Shown here in pieces: positions 27,532-37,451 of a stretch of 64,000 nucleotides of DNA. The notes below the pieces were generated by a model that was given only the letters and a program-made list of their open reading frames with translations, was not told the origin of the DNA and ran no database searches. The position numbers and the translations under genes were made by a program. Position 1 is the first letter of the stretch, and every line of letters begins with the position of its first letter. The DNA comes from Actinophytocola sp. (GTDB lineage Bacteria > Actinomycetota > Actinomycetes > Mycobacteriales > Pseudonocardiaceae), in NCBI RefSeq assembly GCF_035762905.1, contig NZ_DASUCC010000096.1, positions 3,822 through 67,821 of the forward strand, given 5' to 3'.

Positions 27532-27840
27532 CGTTGGGGAGTTGGCCCGGATCGTGGGGTGGTCGGGGCGGTCCTGTGTGGAGCCTGCGTGGGACGTGGT
27601 GGAGCGGGATCTTGGGCTGGGGCTTCCGGCGGAGTACAAGGAGCTGCTGGCCGTGTTCCCGCCGGGGACGTTTCTGCTTCCGGACTGGAAGGACATCATC
27701 GTCCAGCCACCACACCATGTGGACGGTGTGCCGGACCACCTTCATCAGTTCGGGGTGGAGATGGGTGAGCTGTCCGAGTGGCGGACCGAGCATCCGCAGG
27801 ACGTGCCGCACGCGTTGTATCCGGAGCCCGGGGGGTCAGT
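27524..27840 (+). pseudogene. SMI1/KNR4 (SUKH-1) immunity-protein fragment, 3'-truncated
   Basis: ELARIVGWSG....PAWDVVERDLGLGLPAEYKELLAVFPPG is the SUKH-1 N-terminal signature. The frame runs into the convergent ABC permease gene after about 105 aa. Confidence 0.55.
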
Positions 27841-28966
27841 CTGCGTTGGTCCAGGCGTTGGCGAGGCTGACTTTGCCGCGGGTTTGGAGGAGCGCGCCGG
27901 AGTAGAGGCGGCTGGCCAGGAGGATGGCCAGGACGGCCGAGGCGGCCAGCAGGGTGAGTGCGGTGAGGGCTTGCCAGGTCTGGGCGTTGCCGGTGAACAG
28001 TTGGACCGGCATCGCGATGGGGGAGGAGAACGGCAGGTACGACAGGACGGTCATCACGTTCGCGTTGTCGTTGAAGAACATCACGGCGAAGTAGGGGCCC
28101 ATCACCAGCAGCATGAGCGGGCCGATGGCGGAGCCGAGATCCTCCTGGCGGCTGACCATGGCGCCGGTGACCGCCCACATCGCGGCGAGCAGGACGAAGC
28201 CCAGGATGAGGAATGGTATGAACCAGCCGAGCGCGGGGGCGATGGCGGCCAGCAAGTCCGACTGTCCACCTAGGCGCAGCGCGATCGGCGCGGCCACGGC
28301 AAGGATGACCACTTGACCAAGGGTGAGCAGGGTGTGGCCGACGATCTTGCCGCTGAGCAGGGCTCGCACCGGGACCGTCGAGACCAGGATCTCCACGATC
28401 CGGGTCTGCTTCTCGGTGACCGTGCTCTGCGCGATCGTCATGCCGCCCATGCCGAACATCAGGAACACCAGCGCGAAGACCATGATCACGAGCTGGCGTT
28501 GGTCGGAGGGGGTCTCGGACGGGTCAAGTAGATCGACCGGTGGCGTGGTGGCCAGCGCGACGACGACGTCCTCGGGTGGGTCGGTCAACGCCACCACGCG
28601 CACGCCGGTGACCGACTGGCCGGTGGTGTCCGGCACCACGGCCGCGTCCACCTCCTCGGAGCGGACCAGTTCCTCGGCGGCGGCGACGTCGGCGACCTGC
28701 CGCACCTCAAGGTCCGTCCCGGTCAGCACCCGGGCCGCCGCCGGGCCGACGGCGGCCACGCTCGGCGGCCCGCCGCCGATCACCCCGGGCAGGATGATCA
28801 GGGCGAACAACCCGGCCAGGATCACGGCAAGGCCGATCCAGAACGACTTGAGCCGGAGGATGGTCAGGACCTCGCGCTCGGCGACCAGCCGGGTCGAGGA
28901 CACGAACGAGGTTCCGGTGACCGGTGGGATCTCCGTGGGCTGGACCGGTGGTGTCGTGACGGTCAT
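27836..28966 (-). CDS. ABC-2 type transporter permease (NatB-like)
   Basis: N-terminal TM, a large extracytoplasmic loop, then five C-terminal TMs. ATG shares 1 nt with the ATPase stop (TGATG). Confidence 0.8.
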   Translation of the reverse strand: MTVTTPPVQPTEIPPVTGTSFVSSTRLVAEREVLTILRLKSFWIGLAVILAGLFALIILPGVIGGGPPSVAAVGPAAARVLTGTDLEVRQVADVAAAEELVRSEEVDAAVVPDTTGQSVTGVRVVALTDPPEDVVVALATTPPVDLLDPSETPSDQRQLVIMVFALVFLMFGMGGMTIAQSTVTEKQTRIVEILVSTVPVRALLSGKIVGHTLLTLGQVVILAVAAPIALRLGGQSDLLAAIAPALGWFIPFLILGFVLLAAMWAVTGAMVSRQEDLGSAIGPLMLLVMGPYFAVMFFNDNANVMTVLSYLPFSSPIAMPVQLFTGNAQTWQALTALTLLAASAVLAILLASRLYSGALLQTRGKVSLANAWTNAD

Positions 28967-29856
28967 CAGATCGCCTCCTTGAAGATCTCGGTCAGGGACG
29001 GGACGACCGGGGTGAAGCTGCGCACCGCGCCCCGTTCGATGGCGGCCTGCAACACCAGTTGGTCCGTTCTCCCGTTGCCGGTGGGCTCGAACACCGCCCG
29101 TGGACCGTCCAGGTCGACGATCCGGACCTCGGGAAGATCACGCAGCCAGCCGGCGTCGGCGTCGACGATCAGTTCGAATCGCTTGCCCCCGTACTTCGCC
29201 CGCAGTTCCTCGCGCCCGCCGCTGGCCTTGACCACACCGCCGGAGATGATCACCACGTCGTCGCAGAGCCGTTCGACCAGACCGAGTTGGTGGCTGGAGA
29301 ACAGCACCGGAACACCGCCGGCGGCCCGCGCACGCAGCACGCCGAGCACGGTTTCGATGGCAATCGGGTCCAGCCCGGAGAACGGCTCATCGAGGATCAG
29401 CATCGCCGGGTCGTGCACCAGCGCGGCGGCGATCTGCGCGCGCTGCTGGTTGCCGAGCGACAACTCCTCGAGCTTGTCGTCGGCCCGCTCGGAAAGGTCC
29501 AACTGCTCGAGCAGCCGCCGGGTGTTGTCCCGCGCCGTGGCGTGGTCCAGCCCGTGCAGCCGGCCCAGCCAGGTGATCTGCTCGGCCACCTTCGCCTTCG
29601 GGTACAGGCCGCGCTCCTCGGGCATGTACCCGAACCGCTGCCGCAGCGCCTGGCTGACCGGCGCGCCGTGCCAGGTCACCGTGCCGCCGTGCGCGGCGAG
29701 AACGCCGAGGATGATCCGCATCGTGGTCGTCTTGCCCGATCCGTTGGCGCCGATGAACCCGGTCATCCGGCCGGGCCGCACTTCGAACGACACCCGGTCA
29801 AGGGCCTTGTGGTCGCCGAAGTTCCGGCTCAGCTCCGTCACGGTCAACATGCCCAC
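28966..29856 (-). CDS. ABC transporter ATP-binding protein (NatA-like)
   Basis: Walker A GANGSGKTT, signature LSLGNQQR, Walker B LILDEPFSGLD, and a C-terminal extension. The start may be ATG 29850. Confidence 0.9.
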   Translation of the reverse strand: MGMLTVTELSRNFGDHKALDRVSFEVRPGRMTGFIGANGSGKTTTMRIILGVLAAHGGTVTWHGAPVSQALRQRFGYMPEERGLYPKAKVAEQITWLGRLHGLDHATARDNTRRLLEQLDLSERADDKLEELSLGNQQRAQIAAALVHDPAMLILDEPFSGLDPIAIETVLGVLRARAAGGVPVLFSSHQLGLVERLCDDVVIISGGVVKASGGREELRAKYGGKRFELIVDADAGWLRDLPEVRIVDLDGPRAVFEPTGNGRTDQLVLQAAIERGAVRSFTPVVPSLTEIFKEAI

Positions 29857-29922
29857 GACAGTAGGCGGCGGGCGCGCGGCCGTCGTCCGGCCAGCGATCG
29901 ATTCGCGGGTCCGCCGCGCGAT

Positions 29923-30597
29923 CTACCCGGTGCGGCCCGGCGCGATGATCCCGCGTTCGTAGGCGTACACGACGGCGTGCGTGCGATCGCGCAGACCCAG
30001 CTTGGTCAGGATCCGGGACACGTGGGTCTTCACCGTCGCCTCGCCGAGGACCAGTTCCTTGGCGATCTCGGCGTTGCTGGCGCCGCGGGCCAGCAGCACC
30101 AGCACCTCGAACTCGCGGTCGGTCAGCTCGGCCGGGCGACGTCCCGGCACGGCCCCGGCCGGATGGGAGCCGGCCACCGCGGAGAACCGGGCGATGACCC
30201 GGCGGGTGACTTCCGGGGACAGCAGCGCGTCCCCGCGTGCGACGACCCGGACGGACTCCACGAGGTCTTCCGGCGAGGCGTTTTTCAGCAGGAACCCGCT
30301 CGCGCCGGCGCGCAGCGCCTCGAACAGGTAGTCCTCGCGGTCGAACGTCGTGAGGATCACGACCCTGACCGGGCCGCCGGAACCGAGGATGCGGCGGGTG
30401 GCCTCCAGCCCGTCGATGCCGGGCATCTGGACGTCCATCAACACCACGTCCGGGGCGAGGCGGCTGACCAGGTCCACCGCCGCGAGGCCGTCGCCGGCCT
30501 CCCCGACGACTTCGATGCCGTCCTCCGCCCCGAGGATCACGCGGAAGCCGGCCCGGACCAGATCCTGGTCGTCGGCAAGCACCACCCGCAGCGTCAC
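29923..30597 (-). CDS. Response regulator, NarL/LuxR family
   Basis: VVLADDQDLVRAG...VVLMDVQMPGIDG receiver plus the LTDREFEVLVLLARGASNAEIAKELVLGEATVKTHV HTH. GTG 30597 overlaps the kinase stop (GTGA). Confidence 0.9.
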   Translation of the reverse strand: MTLRVVLADDQDLVRAGFRVILGAEDGIEVVGEAGDGLAAVDLVSRLAPDVVLMDVQMPGIDGLEATRRILGSGGPVRVVILTTFDREDYLFEALRAGASGFLLKNASPEDLVESVRVVARGDALLSPEVTRRVIARFSAVAGSHPAGAVPGRRPAELTDREFEVLVLLARGASNAEIAKELVLGEATVKTHVSRILTKLGLRDRTHAVVYAYERGIIAPGRTG

Positions 30598-31916
30598 GTG
30601 CCTGCACCGTCCTCGGTGGAGCTTCGCGCGGCGGTCGGCAGGCTGGCGCGGACCCGGAAGCCGTTGTCCCGCCGCGGACCGGCCTCGAGCACGCCACCGT
30701 GGACCGCGACCCGTTCCCGCATCCCCAGCAGCCCCAGCCCGCTGCCGTTGGGGCGGCGGGCCGCCGCGCCCCGGCCGTCGTCGGTGACCTCGACTTCGAG
30801 CGCGTTTTCCAAGTACCGCAAGCGAACGTCGGCCCGGCGTGCGTCGGAGTGCTTGACGATGTTGGTCAGCGCCTCTTGCACGACCCGGTAGGCCGACAGC
30901 GCGACACCCTGCGGCAGCGGCCGCGGGTCGCCGTAGACGCCGTGATCCACCTCGAGACCGGCCGATCGGGCGGCGGTCACCAGTTCGGTCAGCTGGTCGA
31001 GCCCCGGCGAGGACAGGTGCGCCTCGGCCGGCACGTCCGCGTCCTCGGCGCGCAGCACGCCGAGCAGGTCGCGCAGTTCGCCGATCGCCGAGCGGGCGGT
31101 CTGTTCGACGGTGCGCAGCGCGTCGCGGGCGAGCTCGGGGTCGGTGTCGAGCACCCGCCGGGCGGCGGCCGCCTGAATGCCCATCACCGACACGTGATGG
31201 GCGACCACGTCGTGCAGATCCCGTGCGATGCGCACCCGTTCGGCGACCACCGCGCCCCGCAGGTTCTGCTCCTGCGATTCCCGCAACTGCTCGGCGCGGC
31301 GTTCCAGCTCGGCCTGCCGGCGCGCCGAAAGCCAGGCCATGTTGCCGAAGAAGTACGCACTGAGCAGGAACACCAGGTTGATCACGATGGGATACAGCAC
31401 GAAGGCCAGGACCGGATCCAGTGGCCCGGCCGCGTCCGCGAACGGCGGGGTCGGCTCGGCCATGGCGCGCACGACCGCGATCCCGAGCCAACCGAGCATC
31501 ACCGCGATCACGGCGATCCGCGCCCACCTGGCGACGACCCGGTTGCCGATCCAGCCGCCGGCCGTATAGATCGCAAGGAAGAGAACGACCGCCTGCACGG
31601 TGTTGTCGCCAACGTGGCGCACCTGCGCACCGATGAACAGCGCGCTGATCACGATCAGCACGGCGAGTGGATACCGGCGCCGCACGACCAGCGGAGCGGT
31701 CAACGCCACCACCCACGCGAGCTGCTCGGCCAGTGCCGGAGCATCGTCCCAGGCGAACGCGCCAAGGCTGTTGACGAGCACGGTCATCACCATCGCGCCG
31801 GCCATCGTCGCGAGCGCGATCCAGACGTCGACACGCCGCTGCGCCCGCGTTGGCAACGGTCGCCGCCACCGGCTCCACACCGCCTCCCGGTCGCCGGTCG
31901 AGCCTGCGCTACCCAT
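30594..31916 (-). CDS. Sensor histidine kinase (HisKA_3 / NarX-DesK type)
   Basis: Multiple N-terminal TMs, H-box RIARDLHDVVAHHVSV, and an HATPase domain (QEALTNIVKHS, DDGRG, GSGLGLLGMRERV). Start ATG 31916; upstream track sequence is read-through. Confidence 0.85.
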   Translation of the reverse strand: MGSAGSTGDREAVWSRWRRPLPTRAQRRVDVWIALATMAGAMVMTVLVNSLGAFAWDDAPALAEQLAWVVALTAPLVVRRRYPLAVLIVISALFIGAQVRHVGDNTVQAVVLFLAIYTAGGWIGNRVVARWARIAVIAVMLGWLGIAVVRAMAEPTPPFADAAGPLDPVLAFVLYPIVINLVFLLSAYFFGNMAWLSARRQAELERRAEQLRESQEQNLRGAVVAERVRIARDLHDVVAHHVSVMGIQAAAARRVLDTDPELARDALRTVEQTARSAIGELRDLLGVLRAEDADVPAEAHLSSPGLDQLTELVTAARSAGLEVDHGVYGDPRPLPQGVALSAYRVVQEALTNIVKHSDARRADVRLRYLENALEVEVTDDGRGAAARRPNGSGLGLLGMRERVAVHGGVLEAGPRRDNGFRVRASLPTAARSSTEDGAGT

Positions 31917-32142
31917 GTGCGTCAAGGTAGCGCACCGCGTGCTCCGGCAACGGTGCGCGCGGCTGCCGGGCACGCCGGATGCCCGAGCCAGCCGGCAGCT
32001 CTTGTCCAAAGTGGACAGAAACGCCGGTCCGGCGAATCGCCGTCCCCGGATTCTGTTTCGCCGGGCTTGACCTGGTGTGCCTTGATATGGTCGCGCGCGG
32101 AGGTTCGGCCGATGGCCGGCGGAGTGGGGACGGGGGTGACGT

Positions 32143-35100
32143 GTGCGGTTTCGAGTGCTCGGCACGCTCGAGGTGCGCTCCCTCGATGGTCCGTGCCGGT
32201 TGGCCGCTGCCAAGCAGCGGAACCTGCTCGCGGTGCTGCTGCTAAATGCCAACCAGCCGGTGGACATCGGCCGATTGGTCGATGCATTGTGGCCGGACGG
32301 TCCACCGCGGACTGCGCCGGTCGCGCTGCGCACGTATGTTTCGGCGCTGCGGCGGTCCCTGGGGCTCGCCGGTCGTTCCGGCCTCCCGCGGCTGGGCACC
32401 GTGCCCGGTGGGTACCAGTTGTACTGTGCGCCGGGCGATCTGGACCTACTCGCCTTCGACGATCTCGTGACCGAGGGCCGGCGGGCGCTGGCCGCCGGAG
32501 CGCCCGAGACGGCGGCGGACCGGTTGCGACACGCGCTCGGGCTGTGGCGGGGCCGGCCATTCGAGGACGTCGTGCTCGACGCCGGACTGCGGACCGAACT
32601 GATCCGGTTGGAGGAGCGCCGGTTCCTCGCGCAGGAGTCCTGGCTCGAGGCCCAGCTCGCCCTCGGGCACCACGAGGACGTCCTCGCCGAGCTGCTCGAG
32701 CTGGTGACCACGCAACCGCTGCGGGAACCGTTGTGGGCCATGTGGATGCTCGCGCTGTACCGGTCCGGCCGGCAGGCCGAGGCGCTGCGCGCCTACCGGG
32801 ACCTGCGCCGGCATCTGGTTCGGGAGCTCGGTGTGGAACCGGGACAACCGTTGCGCCGGCTGCACCAGCAGATCCTGACCAGCCATCCCGACCTGGCGGC
32901 GCCGGTGCGGCCGGCATACCCCTACGCGATCCCCGTTCCGCGCCAGCTTCCGGCGGACATCAGGAGCTTCGTCGGCCGGCAGGCCGAGCTGACCCGCCTG
33001 CTCACGATCGCCGACGACCGGCCGCAGGCGTTGATGATCAATGCGATCGACGGAATGGCCGGGATCGGCAAGACCGCGCTGGCCGTGCACGCCGCGCACC
33101 GGTTGGCCGACCTGTTCGTCGACGGGCAGCTGTTCGTCGACCTGCAGGGGTTCACCGACGGCGTCTCGCCGATCGCGCCGGCCGACGCGCTGGACTGCAT
33201 GTTGCGTGGTCTCGGCCTGTCCGGCGAGCAGATTCCGCACGCCCTCGAGGCCCGGGCCGCCCTGTATCGCACCCGCCTGGCCACCAAGCGGGTGCTGATC
33301 GTGCTGGACAATGCGGCGACCGAGGAGCAGGTGCGGCCGCTGCTGCCCGGCGCGCCCACCTGCCTGGTGCTGATCACCAGCCGGGTCCGGCTGACGATCT
33401 CCGACGCCGAGCCGCTGACCCTGTCCGCGCTGCCCTCCGCCGAGGCGCTCGAACTGTTCGTCCGCACCGCGGGCGAGGCCCGGCTGCGGTCGACGGAGTC
33501 CGACCTGCTCACCAGGATCGTCGACCTGTGCGGCCGATTACCCCTGGCGATCCGGATCGCCGCGGCCCGACTGCGGGCCCGGCAGAACTGGAGCGCCGAA
33601 CACCTTGCCGACCGGCTGCACGACCAGCGGCACCGGCTGACCGAACTGTCCGCGGGCGGACTGTCCGTCTCGGCCGCGATCGACCTGTCCTACCACCACC
33701 TGTCCGCCCCGGCCCGCCGCGTCTACCGGCTGCTCGGCCTGCATCCCGGGCCGGAACTGGACACCTGGGCCGCGGCCGCACTCGCCGACCTGCCCGTCCA
33801 GGATGCCGGCGACCTGCTGGACAACCTGATCGACGCACATCTGCTCACCGAGCCGGTCCCGGGCCGGTACCGGTTCCACGACCTGATCCGCGCACACGCC
33901 GCGGCCACATCGTCTCATGTGGACAGTGCGGAGGACCGGCAGGCGGCGCTGACCCGCCTGTCCGACCACTACGTCGACACCGCCTGCGTGGCCATGGACG
34001 TGGCCTACCCGTTCGACGCCGCGCGCCGGCCGGGAGTCCGCGGCGCGCGGCGTCCCAGCCCGGCCTTCACCGACCACGCGGGCGCGACCGCCTGGTTGGA
34101 CATCGAACTGTCCAACCTGCTGGCCTTCGCGGCGGCCGGCCCGGACGACGCCCGGCACCTGTCCGCGACCCTGCACCACCATCTGCGGGTCCGGGCCCAG
34201 TGCCGGCAGGCACTCGCGCTGCACGACCGCGCCCGGCTGGCGGCGCAGGCCTGCGCAGACGCCGGCGATGAGCTGATGGCGCTGTGCCGGCTCGGCGAGA
34301 TCGACCTCCAGCAGGTCCGGTACCCGCAGGCGGCGGAGCACTTCGAGCGGGCGATGGCCATGGCCAGGACGACCGGGAACCGGGTCGGCGAGCTCCGCGC
34401 GCTGGTCGGCCTCGGTCACCTGAACCATCCGCAGGACCGGTACGCGACCGCCGCCGAGTACTACGCCCAGGCACTGGAGTTGGCTCGCGCCACCGGTGAG
34501 CACACCATCCAGCTCGACGCCCTGCAGGGTCTGGCCAACGTGAACCGGCACGTCAACCAGTACGACCAGGCCGCGGACAACCTCGCGGAGGCGCTGGACA
34601 TCGCCCGGGCCACCGGAAACCGCCACGGAGAGCTGGACACCTTGTGGGGACTCGGCCACCTGCGCTGGTTCCAGGACCGGCGAGACGAGGCTGCGCGCTT
34701 TCACGAGCAGGCCCTGACCATGGCCAGGGCCATCGGCAACCGGTCCGGCGAGCTGCGCGCGCTGGTCGGCCTCGGCTACGTGCACCTCTTCCAGGACCGG
34801 TACGAGGCCGCAGCCGAGTGCTACCAGCGGATCCTCGGGCTCGCGCCGGAGATCGACGACCGCAACAACCAGTTCGAGGCCCACTACGGCCTCGGTCTGG
34901 TGCACCGGGCGAGCGGCCGGCTGGACCAGGCGATCTTCCACTGCCAAGCGGCGCTTGCCATCGCCCGGGACATCGGCCAGGTTTCCGACCAGGCCAGGGC
35001 CCTGCACGGGCTCGCATACGCCAATCACGGACTCGGGCACACCGCGCTGGCCCGGCAGAACTGGCAACGCGCCCTGGACATCCTCACCGGCATCGGCCTC

Positions 35101-35196
35101 GACCGCGCCGAGGACCTGACCACCGCGGAGATCCGCGCGCACCTGCGCGGCCTGGACGGCCAGTTGGTGAACGCCAAACTGGTGGCGGCGGAGTGA
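32143..35196 (+). CDS. AfsR/SARP-family transcriptional regulator (wHTH-BTAD + NB-ARC + TPR)
   Basis: MRFRVLGTLEV..., BTAD (LWRGRPFEDV, RAYRDLRRHLVRELGVEPGQPL), P-loop GMAGIGKTALA, GRLPLAI, and many TPRs. One in-frame TTA codon at 33538-33540. Confidence 0.9.
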   Translation: MRFRVLGTLEVRSLDGPCRLAAAKQRNLLAVLLLNANQPVDIGRLVDALWPDGPPRTAPVALRTYVSALRRSLGLAGRSGLPRLGTVPGGYQLYCAPGDLDLLAFDDLVTEGRRALAAGAPETAADRLRHALGLWRGRPFEDVVLDAGLRTELIRLEERRFLAQESWLEAQLALGHHEDVLAELLELVTTQPLREPLWAMWMLALYRSGRQAEALRAYRDLRRHLVRELGVEPGQPLRRLHQQILTSHPDLAAPVRPAYPYAIPVPRQLPADIRSFVGRQAELTRLLTIADDRPQALMINAIDGMAGIGKTALAVHAAHRLADLFVDGQLFVDLQGFTDGVSPIAPADALDCMLRGLGLSGEQIPHALEARAALYRTRLATKRVLIVLDNAATEEQVRPLLPGAPTCLVLITSRVRLTISDAEPLTLSALPSAEALELFVRTAGEARLRSTESDLLTRIVDLCGRLPLAIRIAAARLRARQNWSAEHLADRLHDQRHRLTELSAGGLSVSAAIDLSYHHLSAPARRVYRLLGLHPGPELDTWAAAALADLPVQDAGDLLDNLIDAHLLTEPVPGRYRFHDLIRAHAAATSSHVDSAEDRQAALTRLSDHYVDTACVAMDVAYPFDAARRPGVRGARRPSPAFTDHAGATAWLDIELSNLLAFAAAGPDDARHLSATLHHHLRVRAQCRQALALHDRARLAAQACADAGDELMALCRLGEIDLQQVRYPQAAEHFERAMAMARTTGNRVGELRALVGLGHLNHPQDRYATAAEYYAQALELARATGEHTIQLDALQGLANVNRHVNQYDQAADNLAEALDIARATGNRHGELDTLWGLGHLRWFQDRRDEAARFHEQALTMARAIGNRSGELRALVGLGYVHLFQDRYEAAAECYQRILGLAPEIDDRNNQFEAHYGLGLVHRASGRLDQAIFHCQAALAIARDIGQVSDQARALHGLAYANHGLGHTALARQNWQRALDILTGIGLDRAEDLTTAEIRAHLRGLDGQLVNAKLVAAE

Positions 35197-35209
35197 GCGC
35201 CGGCCCGGC

Positions 35210-36037
35210 TCAGTGGATCGCCCGGCGGTGGAAGGCGCGCATACCGGTCACCAGGAACAGGGTGGTGAAGGCGATCAGGCCGGCGACGGCCCAGGCGATG
35301 TCCAGGGTCGGGGTCCGGGTGCCGTCTGGCAGTGCGGGGATCATGGCGAACCGGAGACCTTCCGCCGAGTAGGTCAACGGATTGACCAGGGTGACGATCT
35401 GGAACCCGGGCAGGGTGTCGAGGGTGGACCACGGGTACTGCAGGCAGCCGGTGAACACCAACGGGGTGAACAGCGCGGCGAAGGCGAGCCCGAGCTGGTC
35501 GGTGGGCACGAGAACGCCGAACACCAGGCCGCCGGCCGCGCTGACGATGGCGGTGAGCACGACGATGCCGGCGAGCAGCGGGATCGAGTCGGCGCGGACC
35601 TGAAATTCGCCGCCGAGAACCAGGGGTGCCAACGGGAACAGGATCGCGGCGGCGAGCACACCGCGGAGCGCGGCGAAGGCGATCTTCTCGAGCACGATCG
35701 CGGGGACCGGGGTGGGGGCGAGCAGGCGGTCGTCGATCTCCCGCAGGTGGCAGAGATCGACGGCGAGCGGGGCCATGACCGCCTGAGCCGACGCGAAAAA
35801 CACGGTCATCGTGACGATGCCGGGCAGCAGCAGCGCGCCGTAGCCCTGGACCGCGAGGCCGGTCGCGGGCAGCACCACGCCGAACACGAACAGGAACAGC
35901 ACCGGCTGGACGAACGCGTGGACGGCGAAGACCACGAATCCGCGCGCGGTGACGACGATGTCGCGGTGCAGGATCGCGGCGAACGCGGCGAACGCCAGGC
36001 CCGTCGTGCCGCGCCCGGAGGGATGGGTGGCGGTCAC
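35210..36037 (-). CDS. ABC-2 transporter permease (DrrB-like)
   Basis: Six hydrophobic segments, about 275 aa. GTG 36037 overlaps the ATPase stop (GTGA). Confidence 0.8.
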   Translation of the reverse strand: MTATHPSGRGTTGLAFAAFAAILHRDIVVTARGFVVFAVHAFVQPVLFLFVFGVVLPATGLAVQGYGALLLPGIVTMTVFFASAQAVMAPLAVDLCHLREIDDRLLAPTPVPAIVLEKIAFAALRGVLAAAILFPLAPLVLGGEFQVRADSIPLLAGIVVLTAIVSAAGGLVFGVLVPTDQLGLAFAALFTPLVFTGCLQYPWSTLDTLPGFQIVTLVNPLTYSAEGLRFAMIPALPDGTRTPTLDIAWAVAGLIAFTTLFLVTGMRAFHRRAIH

Positions 36038-36822
36038 CGGTGCAGGTTCCTTCCGGTGAGGTGGATGAAGACGTCCTCGAGGCTGGGCGTGCTCAGCCGT
36101 ACGTCGCGCGCCCGCGCCCCGACCTCGAGCAGGTCGCCGTCTGGGACGATCTTCTTCAACCCGTTCGGGGTGTCGAGCACCAGGACCCGGCCGTGGTCGA
36201 CGATGGCGATCCGGTCGCACAGCGAATCGGCCTCGTTCATGTCGTGCGTGGTCAGCACCACGGTCACCCCGGTCGCGTTGAGCTCGCGGATCCGCTCCCA
36301 CAGGTAGCGCCGGGACTGCGGGTCGAGGTTGTTCGTCGGTTCGTCCAGGAACAGCACCTCGGGCCGGTGCATGAGGGCGCGGGCCAGCATGAGGCGCTGC
36401 GCCATGCCACCGGAGTACCGGTTCACCCGCTCCCGGGCGCGGTCGGCCAGGCCGAACTCGTCGAGCAGCCGGTCCGCCCGGGCGTTGCGCACGGCACGCG
36501 GCATGCCGTGGTAGGCCCCGTGGTAAGTGAGCACCTCGCGGGCCCGCAGGCTGCGGTCCAGGTTGTTGATCTGGGGCAGCACCGCGATCCGCGGCTTGAC
36601 CAACAGCGGCCTGGTGACGTCGATCCCGGCCACCCGAGCGATGCCCCCGGTCGCCCGGATCATCGTGGTGAGGATCCCGATGATCGTCGTCTTGCCCGCG
36701 CCGTTCGGTCCGAGCAGGCCGAAAATCTCACCGCGCCGAATGGTGAACGACACGCCGTCGACCGCGTTGCCGGCCGCCTTCCGGTAGCTCTTGACCAGGT
36801 TCTCTACCACTACCGCGCTCAC
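36034..36822 (-). CDS. ABC transporter ATP-binding protein (DrrA-like, daunorubicin-resistance type)
   Basis: GLLGPNGAGKTT, YSGGMAQRL, LFLDEPTNNLD. GAGGAGG RBS before GTG 36822. Confidence 0.9.
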   Translation of the reverse strand: MSAVVVENLVKSYRKAAGNAVDGVSFTIRRGEIFGLLGPNGAGKTTIIGILTTMIRATGGIARVAGIDVTRPLLVKPRIAVLPQINNLDRSLRAREVLTYHGAYHGMPRAVRNARADRLLDEFGLADRARERVNRYSGGMAQRLMLARALMHRPEVLFLDEPTNNLDPQSRRYLWERIRELNATGVTVVLTTHDMNEADSLCDRIAIVDHGRVLVLDTPNGLKKIVPDGDLLEVGARARDVRLSTPSLEDVFIHLTGRNLHR

Positions 36823-36977
36823 GGCACCTCCTCACAAGCTCGGTGTCTCGGACCAACCAACGCAACCTCAGGGGCACCGTGATGCAACCCAGCCACAATC
36901 AACCCGCAATCCGCACTTCCGCTGGAACGCAACAACAGCAGTCAATCCCGGAGCGGCGGACCAGCGAGGCGGACTAG

Positions 36978-37451
36978 CTAGTGCTCGGCCTTCGGGGGAT
37001 CCCCGGAGGTCCACACGAGGTCGAAGGTCAGCTCCCGGATCCGCCAGCCGCTCGGCGTGCGAACGGCTTCGGCGTCGTAGTGCCCGCCGATCATGAAGTG
37101 CCGGCCGGTGTCGTCCCGGCTGGGCACGTGGGCGGCCATCAGGTGCGCACGCACCTGTGCCCGGTCGGTGTCCAGCTCGATGTCGTAGTTCGAGCTGATG
37201 TGGTGGGTCCGCTCGAAGGTCGTCCGGGCCATCTCCTGGAACCGCGTGAGGCCGGCCATCCCCTTGTACTGTCCCATCGGGAAGGTCAGCAGGGCGTCGT
37301 CGGTGAACACGGTGTCCAGCCACGTGTCGGTGTGCCGGCTCTTGTCGAGGTGCAGGGCGTAGCGGTCACAGAGCCGGGTGATCTCGGCGCGGTCGCGCAA
37401 CGACCGAAGCTCGGACCGTAGCTCGGCGAGGTCGTCCTGGGTCGCGGTCAT
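36978..37451 (-). CDS. NTF2/SnoaL-like (SnoaL_4) protein
   Basis: 157 aa. EITRLCDRYALHLDKSR...FTDDALLTFPMG...HHISSNYDIELDTDRAQVRAHLMAAH fits the SnoaL_4/NTF2 pattern. AAGGAG RBS before ATG 37451. Confidence 0.65.
   Translation of the reverse strand: MTATQDDLAELRSELRSLRDRAEITRLCDRYALHLDKSRHTDTWLDTVFTDDALLTFPMGQYKGMAGLTRFQEMARTTFERTHHISSNYDIELDTDRAQVRAHLMAAHVPSRDDTGRHFMIGGHYDAEAVRTPSGWRIRELTFDLVWTSGDPPKAEH

Noticed and set aside
32003-32017. Palindrome TGTCCA-aag-TGGACA and TTGACC/TATGGT hexamers upstream of the SARP at 32143.
   Set aside because: The palindrome is short (6-3-6). The hexamers are only 13 nt apart, too close for a sigma-70-type promoter. Not reported as a feature.
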